NCBI RefSeq assembly: GCF_009914755.1
Contig: NC_060932.1
Direction: 5' to 3' (one strand)
DNA from: the human T2T-CHM13v2.0 reference genome, Homo sapiens
DNA length: 64,000 bases
The notes below the pieces were generated by a model. The model searched no databases. It saw nothing but the letters and a program-made list of their open reading frames with translations, and was not told the origin of the DNA. A program made the translations under genes and the position numbers. How positions within the stretch are numbered: position 1 is the stretch's first letter; each line of letters starts with the position of its first letter. Of the stretch, positions 53,001 through 64,000 are shown in pieces.

Positions 53001-53725
53001 TAAAGAAACAAGAAAAAGTATCAGGCACTCAAAAAATGCTAAGCAGAGATGTAAAATCAAGTAAGGTGATGGCAGCTGAGATGGTTTAGCTGTGGTCGTT
53101 AGGAAGGGATTCTGTGAAGTGAGATTGAAGTTGAGTCTGAATGACAAGAAGGACCTAGTCCTAAGAATATGTGAAAGGGGCATTCCTAGCAGAGAAGTCA
53201 CTAGAATGAGGCCCAAGGAAGGAAAGACATGGGGGTGTTGTGCAGTGCAGGGGGTGAGGGAAGCATGAGGCTGGGAGTGCAAATGAGCTGGGGTTTGTAA
53301 GCAAAGGTAAGGAGTTTCCATTTTAGCGTAGGAGTCATGAGAAGCTATTAGGATTTAAGGCAGGGGAATGATACAATCCAATTTAGGTTTTTTGAAAGAT
53401 CATTTTGATGGCCATGTAGAGAAAGGGTTAGAGTGGAGACCAGAAAGAAGGCAGAAGGCCAGTGAGGTGCTTTTGAAGGAGTCACCCTCCTCAGAACACC
53501 TCAGAAGCCAGGAAAGCTTGTGACTTTTTTCTCATATCTGTTTTCATTTTTTTTCTTGTTTTCTAGGGTTCAAATTTTTTAAAATACAAGAGGAATGATT
53601 TCGTGAAAAGGCTTCCTCTCATTCCTATCCCCTAGCCACTCTTTTTCACTCTTCCCCCTACCAGTTAGTGTTGTTTGTTATTTCCTCCCCATCCTTCAGG
53701 GATATTTTAGGGAACACAGCATACA

Positions 53726-54054
53726 CAGGTTGCCTATCCCTTATGTGAAATGCCTGGGACCAGAAGTGTTTCGGATTTTGGATTTTTCTGGATTTTGGAA
53801 TATTTGCATATACATAGTGAGAAATCTTGAGAGTGGAACCCGAATCTGAACATGAGATTCATTTTGGGTTTATGTACACCTGATACACCTAGGCTGAATT
53901 AATTTTATACAATATTTTTAATAATTTTGTGCGTGAAACAAAGTTTGTGTTAAGTACTATGTGTGGAATTTTCCAGTTATGGCATCATGTTGGCACTCAA
54001 AAAATTATGAGGTTTGGAGCATTTTTGATTTTTGGATTAGGGATGCTCAACCTG
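53726..54054. mobile_element. Tigger4/MER46-type MITE
   Basis: TIRs caggttg...caacctg; gggaccagaagtgtttcggattttgg. Confidence 0.8.
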
Positions 54055-54579
54055 GACGTATTCTTTATTTGACTGATTCCATATAAGGTAGCATATCAGA
54101 GTCCTCTTTCACTTTGCCTTTTATTTTACAATATCTTAGTGAACATTTTATGTCAGTACATTGTTTCGTGGCTGTAGAGTATTCCACTGTATGGTGGTAG
54201 CCATTACAAACTGTGTGGTATTTTAGAAGCTTACTTAAAAGTTACTTTATTATATGATTCTGGTATATGTATGCACATCTATGTCTGTGAGCAGAACACT
54301 TTGGTGACCCTGGGATTCCAGAAGTGTTTATACAAAAGACAGATGTGATCCAAGGAGACACCCTGCTGTTGAGGTGTTTATGACAGCGTGAGTGGACACC
54401 TGCCAGATGCGATTCAGGACATTATTTTGAACCCTGACAAGACTGAGAAAAATTAATGCGGGTACAAGCCACGTTTTCAGTGTTCGGAACCATGGAGAGT
54501 TTTTTTTAAAATACAGTCCTTTTGAAACTACTTTTTAGTTTTAATTCAATGTGGGCATAACAATATTTTTCTCTTCTAG

Positions 54580-54648
54580 CCAACCTCCATGAGAGCTATC
54601 CGTGCCAGATATGACCCTTTCCTACAGACAAGACACCGAATAGAACAG
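54580..54648 (+). CDS. ELP3: ELP3 exon 6 (PTSMRAIRARYDPFLQTRHRIEQ)
   Basis: cttctag| acceptor, CAG|gtacat donor, 69 nt phase 0-0. Confidence 0.96.
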
Positions 54649-55009
54649 GTACATTTTTAAAAAACATGTTTCTTAAAAATTAGGTGTTTATACTTAGTAA
54701 GAAGCCATTGTTGCTTGATTCAAATTGAACCTGAAATAAGAATGAAAAAGGTGTTTTTCCTCTTTGTAAGTTTTCAATATCCATTTGAGGGAGGGAGAAT
54801 TTGCCATGCCTAGCAAGGTCAAAAACACTACTTTCTTTAAAGACTGTATTTATTGTTTAAGGGTTTTATATTCTCTAAGTTTTTTTGAATTTGTAGAAAG
54901 TCATTTGTAGTATGAAATTTGTGGAATAAAGATGTATGAAAGTTCTTAGACAATGGGTGGGTGTGTTGACTTTTAATTTCCAAAAGTCAGATTAAGAAGT
55001 ATTTTGACT

Positions 55010-55293
55010 GGCCATGCGCAATGGCTCATGCCTGTAATCCCAACCCTTTGGAAGGCTGTGACAGCAGGTCACTTGAGCCTAAGAGTTCGAGACCAGCCTG
55101 GGCAACATAGCAAAACCCCATCTACAAAAAATACAAAAATTAGCATGGCATTGTGGTGTGCACCTGAAGTCTTAGCTACTTGGAAGGCTGAGGTGGAAGG
55201 ATCCCTTGAGCCTGGAAGGTCAAGGCTGCAGTGAGCTGTGATCATACCACTGCACTTCAGCCTGGGTGACACAGCAAGAACCTGTCTCAAAAA
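55010..55293 (+). mobile_element. Alu (AluJ-like)
   Basis: Alu; TSD aagaagtatt. Confidence 0.92.
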
Positions 55294-56345
55294 GAAGTAT
55301 TGTGACAGATTTGTTGGGTGGAAATAGGAAATTTCCTACAAAGGAGTACAAAGAACTAGTCGGGGTATGGCATTGTTCTCTATCATGGTCATGGTGGTGG
55401 TTACATAACTCTAAATATCTATCAGCTCTCATCCATTGTACACTTAAAGTTAGTGGATTTTATCGTATTTAAATTATACCTCAGTATGGTTGACTAAAAA
55501 CAAGTACTATGTACATGACCTTGCAGTGTTCAAGAAATCTGAACATTAATACAGATTTCCTTTATTTACAAGTTTATTTTAAACTTGTCCAATTTAAAAA
55601 ATGTAAAGCACTGTCCATAGTTGTAATAGTAATGTATAGTAGGCACATCCAAGTCTAAAGTAGATAATGGTACATAACCATAGTGGATAAGTTGTCTCTG
55701 GGTTTGTTTATTGGCTTATTGGTGAATACTGTTCAGTTTTAATATCCACTTTGCTGTCACCCAAGCGTATGAGGAACAGGATTGTCGGTGACAGGAGAGG
55801 ACTCCATCTGGGGGAGCCCACATTTTTCCAAACAGTGGGTTCTAAACTGACCTTTGCTTCAATTTCTTTTTGGGCTATGATAGTTAATTTATTTAAAATG
55901 TAAAACTATTGAGCATGAAATGCTTATGTTTACCAAAAAAAGGAGCATAGTTTACAAGATTTAGAAATGAACATAGAGCAGTGATTCTTTTCTTAAATGC
56001 ACTAGAATTACCTGAGTAACTTCTCCAAAACGTGTCACATCTTCACCTCGGGAGGTTCTGATTAAGTCTGCTTTAAGGTCCTAGCAAGATATTTTTAAAA
56101 ACTACCAGGGTAATTTTGATGAGTATCTCTTGTAAAGAACCATAGATACAGAAATAGAGTATTCTTTTAGTGTTGATATATATGTACACACATGCATATA
56201 TATAGTTTTTCTGTATACGTTTTTTGCCATTTTCAGAAATTAGTGTTAATTTCAATACCTATTTTTAAAAATTAGAATCTTGGCTTATTGTAGTCAACAA
56301 AATGAAAGATTTGTATCATTCTCTCCACTAGTAGAGGAGACCTAA

Positions 56346-56641
56346 TTTTATTATTATTATTTTTTTTTTTTTAAACAGAGTGTCACTCTTGTTGCCCAGG
56401 CTGGAGTGCAGTGGCACAATCTTGGGTCACTGCAACCTCCGCCTCCTGGTTCAAGCGATTCTCTTGCCTCAGCCTCCAGAGTAGCTGGGATTACGGCATG
56501 TCTGGCTAATTTTTATATTTTTAGTAGAGACGGGGTTTCACCATGTTGGCCAGGCTGGTCTCGAACTCCTGACCTCAGGTGATCTGCCAGCCTGGTCCTC
56601 CTAAGTGCTGGGATTACAGGCATCAGCCACCGCACCTGGCC
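56346..56641 (-). mobile_element. Alu
   Basis: Reverse Alu. Confidence 0.93.
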
Positions 56642-57228
56642 TGAATATTTCATTTTTAATCAGACTTTCACTTTTTTTTAGAAAGCAGACTTGAAGTGCC
56701 TCCTGTGCCTGGAATCATCCATCAATTTTAGACTGCTGTCTTGATTTTTCTTTCCAATCTATTCTTTTTTTCTTCCATTACATCAAATCCTTATTATGTT
56801 ACATAATCATTCATGTATCATTGTTGACCATAAATGCCACCTTTTTGTCCTCTAGGCTTACCACCAAGTCTGACATAAAATACATGATCAATAAATACTT
56901 ACTGTTTTGCAAATTGTATTATATTTGTCTTTACTGCTTTCTAGTTTATATTCTTCGTGTTTTTAAATTTCCGCTTTGTAGGTATTCAAGTCAAGCCTCT
57001 TATTTGTTATTTTATATTCTCATTCTCCCTCCTTATTTGAGTTGTACTCACTTTTTTCTTTCAGACTTGGGCCTATTTTTTATCCACAGAATTAGCTAAG
57101 TGTGTTTCATTACTTCTGATTTTTAAACTGTACTGATGAAAACACTGCAAAATAAGAGATTTGCAATGCCTTCTTAGAGTAGTTCCTTATGCTTATATCA
57201 TTCTAATGCTGATGAATTTGTCTTTCAG

Positions 57229-57383
57229 TTAAAACAACTTGGTCATAGTGTGGATAAAGTGGAGTTTATTGTGATGGGTGGAACGTTTATGGCCCTTCCA
57301 GAAGAATACAGAGATTATTTTATTCGAAATTTACATGATGCCTTATCAGGACATACTTCCAACAATATTTACGAGGCAGTCAA
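57229..57383 (+). CDS. ELP3: ELP3 exon 7 ([20 protein letters not shown]...IYEAV)
   Basis: tttcag| acceptor, AA|gtaaga donor, 155 nt; radical-SAM GGT motif. Confidence 0.97.
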
Positions 57384-57510
57384 GTAAGAAATTCTTATTT
57401 TATCATAGTCTCCAGAGTGGTTGTCAGTTTATGCTCCTAGCAGTAGTCTACGAGAATGCCTTCTGCCCTGCATCCACATTCTTACTTCTCATAATCTTTC
57501 TTGTTTCATG

Positions 57511-57596
57511 GGAAAGGATTATTTCAGTGAAAATAATGCTTTCGCTGAAATAATCTTTTCCAGTGAAAATAATCCTTTCACTGAAATAATCCTTTT
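57511..57596. repeat. Inverted plus tandem repeat (22-bp stem; 36-bp duplication)
   Basis: Arms read directly; see findings. Confidence 0.9.
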
Positions 57597-57811
57597 AAAG
57601 AAAAAATGAATACAGTTTGTTGACATAGTAGTATTCTCAAATAGAGAGATTCGCCAAATATGGTCCATGAATGTCTTTTCAGCCCACCCAAGAAGGGGGC
57701 TGGGAGTATTTTAGCTGCTGTAAAATCAGCAAAACAAGGTACTGTTATTTAAAAACCTAATTTATAGTAAATATTTCATAATTATTAAATAGTAACTGTT
57801 TATGATTGGGA

Positions 57812-58112
57812 TCTTAGTCTGTGTTGTGCTGCTGTAACAAAATATCTGAGACTAGGTAATTTATAATGCACAGAAATGTATTGGCTCACAGCTTTGGAGG
57901 TTGGGAAGTCCAATGTCAAGGTGCTGGCATCTGGCAAGAGCCTTCTTACTACGTCATCACACGGCAAAAGACAAGAGAAACAAAAAGCGGACCAATTCAC
58001 CCTTTTATAATGGCATTAATCTTACCCACAAGGTCAGATCGCCTCTCAGAGGTCCCACCTGTTAATACTGTTACAATGACAATTTCAACATGAGTTTTAG
58101 AGGGGACAAACT
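57812..58112. mobile_element. MaLR LTR (MST/MLT1A-type)
   Basis: tcttagtctgtgttgtgctgctgtaacaaaatatctgagactaggtaatttata...aatttcaacatgagtttt. Confidence 0.75.
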
Positions 58113-58521
58113 CATGTCTGTCAAATCATGTGTTATTCAAACCACAAGTTAATTTAGTCATTTTGAATTCTAGTTGACAAAATTATGCATCATTTTGACA
58201 CCTTGTTTTTAGCAAGAAGAATACTACAGGTTAGTATGTAGTTCAGTGATTTAAGAAGTGAAAGTCTTAAAATAGTTTTTGTTCTCAGGAGTTGCAGGAA
58301 CACCTGGATAGTTACTATTTTCCTTATTTAACAAATCCTTCTTGAGGGCCCACTAGATACTATGTGCTGTTTTAGATACTGGAAAGTGGTGATATTTAGG
58401 CTGAGACCGGAAGTACAAGGAGGAGTTAGGCCAACAGCAAGAAAGATAAAATAAAGGCTCTGAAATGGGAAGCAGCCTGGGGTGTTCTAGGGACAGAGAG
58501 GAAGCCAGCATGGTTAGATCC

Positions 58522-58923
58522 TGTGTTAATCCATTTGTGTCCCTATAAAGGAACACCTAAGACTAGGTAAGTTATAAAGAAAAGAGGTTTAATTGGTTCC
58601 AGTTCTACAGGCTTCACATGAAGCATAGTGCTGGCATTTGCTTCTGGTGAGGCCTCAGGAAGCTTCCAATCATGGTGGAAGGTGAAGGGGAGCCAGTACA
58701 TCACATGACGGGTGCAGGGAGGTGCCACACTCTTTTAAACAACAAATCTCACGTGAAACAACTGAGCGAGAACTCACTTATCACCAAGGAGATGGTGGTA
58801 AGCCATTTATTTATGAGGAATCCAGCCCCAGGACCCAAACACCTCCCACCAGGCCACACCTCCAATATTGGGGATCACATTTCAACATAAGATGTGGAGG
58901 GGACAAACACCCAAACCATGTCA
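58522..58923. mobile_element. MaLR LTR (MSTB-like) within L2 sequence
   Basis: gtgaggcctcaggaagcttccaatcatggtggaagg...cacctcccaccaggcc. Confidence 0.8.
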
Positions 58924-60667
58924 GATCCCAGTGAACAAGAGAAAGAACGTCATGAGACGGGGTTGAAGTGTTAGGTAAGGGCCAAGATACATGCTTTTAA
59001 GGAGTTGAAATTTTATTTGAAATGCAGTAGGGAGCAGATGAAGGGGAAGTGGCAAGTTCTGGTTAACAGGTAGGGTCATTCCGGCTACTGTCTGGCTAAT
59101 GGATTAGAGGAGTACCAGGGTGAAAGTGGGAAACCAGATAGGAGGCCATCTGATTACATCCATCCCTGCTCAGATGGGGGCGGCAGCAGTGGTGATGGAG
59201 AGGAGATTGAGATGGGGGTAAGAGAAAAGAAGGGATCAAGCCTGACACTAAGGTTTTGGCTGTCAGAAATGGTAGGAAGGTAGGGTAGGGCTGTATACTG
59301 AGGTGGGAAAGATAGCGGGAAGAGCAGAGAAAATCTCAGAGGGAGAAAATCAAGAGTTCTGTTTTGGATGTGTGAAGTCTGAAGAGCCTGTGATACATTC
59401 AAGTGGAGATGTCGGTGGGCTCTGAATGCAAGAGAAGTCTGAGCTGACGGTACGAAACTGGGGATTATCAGCTCATAGGTAACATTGACAACCATGTAAG
59501 TGGAGGAGACCACCTCATGGGAGAGTTGTGGATCTCCAAGGTATACTAAGTGAAAAGCAATTTTTAGAGCAATTCTTATAGTACGATCCCATTATTTGTG
59601 TGTTCATGCACATACACACACACATATCTGTATATAAATGCATAGAAAAGGTGGCAGAATAATGGTCATCATAGACCTTAGAGCTGAGGAGGAAAGGACA
59701 TGGGAAATGGCAGCAAAGGAGGATATTTACATTTGCTCTGTATACAGTGGGCCAGGTGTTGTCATGGGTGTTTAATATTCACTTATTTAGTACTCATAGT
59801 TAGCCTTTGAGTTAAGTGTTCAGATTATCTCTGTTTTATGGGTGAGGAAGCTGAGGCACAGAGAGATAAGCAATTTGCCCAAAGTTGCAGAGGTGGTTGG
59901 TGGTAGAATGGGATATAAATCCCAGGTAGCTTTGCTTTCAGAGCCTAACTTTGCAAGCTGTGCTAGGTGTCAGAATGTGAGTGTGTCTGTATGTATGTGC
60001 ACATGTGTGTGCACATCATCAGAGCTTGAAGATCTTGGAAGGAATATGGCCTGTTTTTCCTTGCCCTCCTTCCCTACCACCCTCAGGCTTTTCTCTGGCT
60101 TCTCTTTTATATGGGGTGAGGGTTTCATATAGCTAATTATAAGGTTGTTCAAATAGTGCCACCTCTTAAGATTTTTTGTGTAGGACAAAATTTTGGATAG
60201 ACCTAAGAGTGGTTTTTATTACCCTGTAAGTAAAGCAGTTCTTGGCACATAGTAAGCACAAGTAAATGCGTGAATGAATTTTGAATGAACAGTTAGCTAA
60301 TGACCTGGGTAGGGTTGCCTCTTGGAATTGGGGGCAGCCACATCTTTTTGTGCCCTCGCTACTCCCCCTACCCCCTTAACTTCCTTTGTTCTCCTTGGGT
60401 TTGTAAAAGTGAAAAGAAGAGAGGAGCTTTTTCATAAAATTTAATACCAAGGGTAGCTCAAAGAGCCCATCTGAAAGGTTTGGCAGCTGGGAGAGTTTGT
60501 GTGGACAGCAGCCCACTTCTGTTTGATTGACTCTAGGGAATGCAACAGGTGAATTCTGTGTCCGTGAATCTGGACCTGTAGCATTGTGATTTCTTCGTCT
60601 TACAGGGGCTTTAGTAATAGAGGAGATGGCGACTGCATTGTTACTGCTCGTTCAAAACTGATCAAGA

Positions 60668-60972
60668 GGCCGGGCGTAGTGGCTCACGCCTGTAATCCCA
60701 GCCCTTTGGGAGGCCAAGGCGGGCAGATAGCTTGAGGCCAGGAGTTTGAGACCAGCCTGACCAACATGGTGAAACTTCTTCTCTACTAAAAATGTAAAAA
60801 TTAGCTGGGCATGGAGGCTGGTGCCTCTAGTCCCAGCTACTTGGGAGGCCGAGGCACAGAAACACTTGAACCCAGGAGGCAGAGGTTGCAGTGAGCCAAG
60901 ATTGCACTACTGCACTCCAGCCTGGGCGACAGAGTGAGACTGTGTCTCAAAAAACAAACAACAACAAAAAAA
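60668..60972 (+). mobile_element. Alu
   Basis: Alu; TSD aaaactgatca. Confidence 0.94.
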
Positions 60973-63778
60973 ACTGATCATTAATATGAGTCATACTTAG
61001 TAAATGCTGAAGTCTTCAAACTTTAGAGGAGTAATGATATCATCCAGCTAATTACTCTTAATAATACTGAAAAATCAAACTATACCTTAGATAAAATGTG
61101 ATTGAGGAAAAACAACCTTTATTAGTTCAAAGCCAGGCGACGGGGATGGCAGCAGAAGGTTCTCTCAGAGGGTTGCTGACCACAGTTCATTCAGCTCTGA
61201 AAATTCCCTGGCAGGGACATCTATGAAGATAAGTTTTTCTCTGCAAGCTTATATACTTCTGTACTCATTTCTTGGACCTTAATATGTAAGGTCTTCTTAT
61301 CTTGAAGACCTTACATATTAAGTGGAATTGAGCTGTAAATATCTTAGACTTGCCTCTCTCCCCCATAAAAATTTGCCACTAAGCTTTTCATCTCCTACAG
61401 TTTGGGTCCCCTGAGGTATATGAAGCAGGCCAACTAAGATCTGCATAGTGAACTTTTAGTATGTATCTAGTTTGACATTTTCATCAATTGAAAGTAAAAA
61501 TTTTGTTTTATTCTTGGTGTAACATTTTATTTTTGCAGAAATGTTCTAGTGCTAATGGTGCTTGAATGTAAGTTTTCCATCATTGGGTTGAAAATAGGGT
61601 TGTCTAGTCCAGCGAGCTCAGTGCAGATCATGATGTGTTTGTAGAAAAAGCCCTGTGGAAGAGAAATCCTCTTTCAGTAATATTCTAGGCAGTGCCAGTG
61701 TTGTTTTGTTTCTGTTCTTGAATTTACCTCAAGAGGGCAACGAACACTTTATTTTCAGATAAAAATTTATATATGATTTGGGTCTTCATTGCAACACATC
61801 TCATGAATGCCTCTTGAGAAGTAATGAAAGTACAATCTGGGAGCCATAAAACCATCCATAAATTACACTGAATTCTGCCAACACACACTTTAAATGTTTT
61901 GCTCTTTTCTCTCAGTCTCTATATTTTTATGAGATCATCTGGAAAAAAAAAAGACCTGATTTGTGGCGTGTTGTTGCTTTGTTAAGGTAAAGTTTTACTA
62001 CAAACCCCTCATAATAGAGTTTGTATTTGTTTTGAGGGAAACTTTGTATTTGAGGAAATAATAGTCTAGTTTGTGCTATAGAACTAGAGACAGAAAGTAT
62101 TTTCAAGTGTTGGCATAATTGTGAAATAAAAAGCAGCCCAGAGAAGTTGTGGTTTTGACATAATGTGGCCCTCGGAAATGTTTGGATTTGACCTTGCCCT
62201 TCTCTCTCATCCTGCCCAGAGTCTATGAGTGAAAACTGGTTGGTTTGCACAGCGTAGCCCACTGCTCTTAGATGTAAGGTGATGAACTTCATGTTTATTT
62301 TACTTTTGTTTTTGCTTGCTGACTACATAGATGTAAACTGACTTTCATTAGCTTAGCAGGGTTTTTTAAAGATTAATTTTAAATTAGGTTAAAAATGATG
62401 TATTGTGACCTATGAGTCAGCAAGCAGCATTTAAGGTTAATAGTCTGTTCACGTTAGGGTCAAGTTTTACTGCTGTGTTGGCTCAGGTGTCCCTGCTATG
62501 TTTTCATATGTTGAACCTGATTAAAGTTTTGCTTCTTAAAAGAATAGGAGTTAAGGTAAAGAAAAGCCCCAGCAAGCAGAGCCTGGTTATTATTTATGGC
62601 AAGCTAGTAGCAAGCAGTGTGTTATATATATTCTCGTGGATGGATAAATTGGAAAGTTGAGTGAACAGAGAGTTCAAGGACAAAACAGGTATGGCTTTTG
62701 TGAAGGCTCATTAAATCAAGCAAAGTGCTAATCACTCAGTACTATCAGCTGGACTGAGATTCTTCAGTAGTCTCCAGAGAGCAACAATTACTGGTGACTG
62801 TCATCGTGTAACAATCAGGCTCTGGAGATGAAAAAGACCGGTAGTGGGATCTGAGTCACCCATTCACTAGAATGCAAATGTTGCCAAATAACTCCAACAA
62901 CCTTTTAAAATAGTTTTATTCCTTTTTAATCAGCTTTGCCCAGAAGCAGTTTTACATTCAATCTTTAATGCTCCTTGGCTGTTTTCACAAGATGCAATTT
63001 AAAGGGTAGTTACCCATTAAAAAGTGAGTGAGTCATACTTTCTCCCTGTGGAATTTTAAATTCATTTCCCGTTCCTTCCTCTTCCCCCGCCCCGCCCCCC
63101 ACGCCCCATTAATGACTTTAGATCCTCCAACTATGTTCTTACCTGTCTGAGAAAAGCTGAAGTGCTAGGTAATGCTAGGTACCAGGCCCAGAAGACAATT
63201 TCGTAGACTTGCACAGCTGCAACGGAAGCAAAAGGAACCTACAGAGACCTGAGAGTGAGTGACTGTGGCCCTGCTGCCCTGGGCGTCATTTCTGGCAGGC
63301 CTCAGGACCTTCTGCATTTCTGGGCTTTGACGCTGACACTGCTTATCTCTCACTTTTTCTATTGACCATTTTACTTTCTCTTTTGGTCACCCAGATTTCC
63401 ATACATGGTGACCAGGATCCTTAACATTGGCCAGAGAACATAGGATACAATCTTAGTCACTTTAAGAGAGTTGATATGGTTTTTCTTTCAGCATTTTATT
63501 TGAAACAAAAATTAAACAGTTTTTAGTGAGCATCCACATACCCATCACCTAGATTCTACGATACTTGCTTTATCACATATCTGTCAGTTCCACTATCCAT
63601 TCATCAGTGTCTCTCGCGTGTGCTTGCGCTGTCTTTTTTGATGAATTTCATAGTAAGTTGTATGCTTCAGTACACTTCTCCCGGGATACTTCATCATGCA
63701 TATCACTGACTAGTGTTCACTGTCTGCAGTGTTTTTCTTTTGAAGTAAATTTACATACAGTACAAAACAACTTGTGGC

Positions 63779-63782
<4 letters not shown>

Positions 63783-63832
<50 letters not shown>
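63783..63832. repeat. (TA)n microsatellite within old L1M-like sequence
   Basis: Direct reading, ~25 units. Confidence 0.97.
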
Positions 63833-63836
<4 letters not shown>

Positions 63837-64000
63837 CACATATATTAAGTATACCATTTGATTATTTTTGACAAATGCATATACCTGTGCTACAAAGTCC
63901 TATTAAGATACAGAATGTCACCGTCATCCCAGAAAGTTCCCACATCCCACTTGCCAGTAAATCCTCCCCTGCGCCTCCCAGAGGCAGCCGTTCTTCTGAT

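Noticed and set aside
57384-64000. ELP3 exon 8
   Set aside because: No matching coding exon seen; intron 7 appears to extend past the window end

Overview
This is human (primate) genomic DNA, recognisable as the NUGGC-ELP3 locus (chr8p21, from recall). Two genes are arranged head-to-head. The minus strand carries the 5' half of NUGGC (SLIP-GC, nuclear dynamin-like GTPase): a probable non-coding exon 1 near 28.0 kb and coding exons 2-8 (18617 down to 4629, codons 1-366), with the P-loop GSTGAGKS, DIPG and TKMD motifs. The plus strand carries the ELP3 CpG-island promoter (~37.3 kb) and coding exons 1-7 (37425-57383, codons 1-206), with the radical-SAM C99-x9-C109-x2-C112 motif. All coding exon boundaries were checked by hand for GT-AG and reading phase. 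The rest is repeat-dense: ~40 Alus plus L1, L2, MaLR and ERV1 LTRs, and Tigger and hAT elements. Most interesting: (1) a four-element nested LTR/Alu complex upstream of ELP3, whose inner LTR has a 71-bp tandem repeat carrying duplicated splice donors aimed at ELP3 exon 2; (2) a stop-free, in-frame 471-nt NUGGC intron; (3) a bistable 22-bp pre-miRNA-like hairpin behind ELP3 exon 7; (4) a near-perfect AluYa5 next to ELP3 exon 4; (5) an unexplained CpG-retaining block in NUGGC intron 6. I see no prokaryotic-type system or CRISPR array. Repeat family names come from memory of consensus sequences and need RepeatMasker confirmation.
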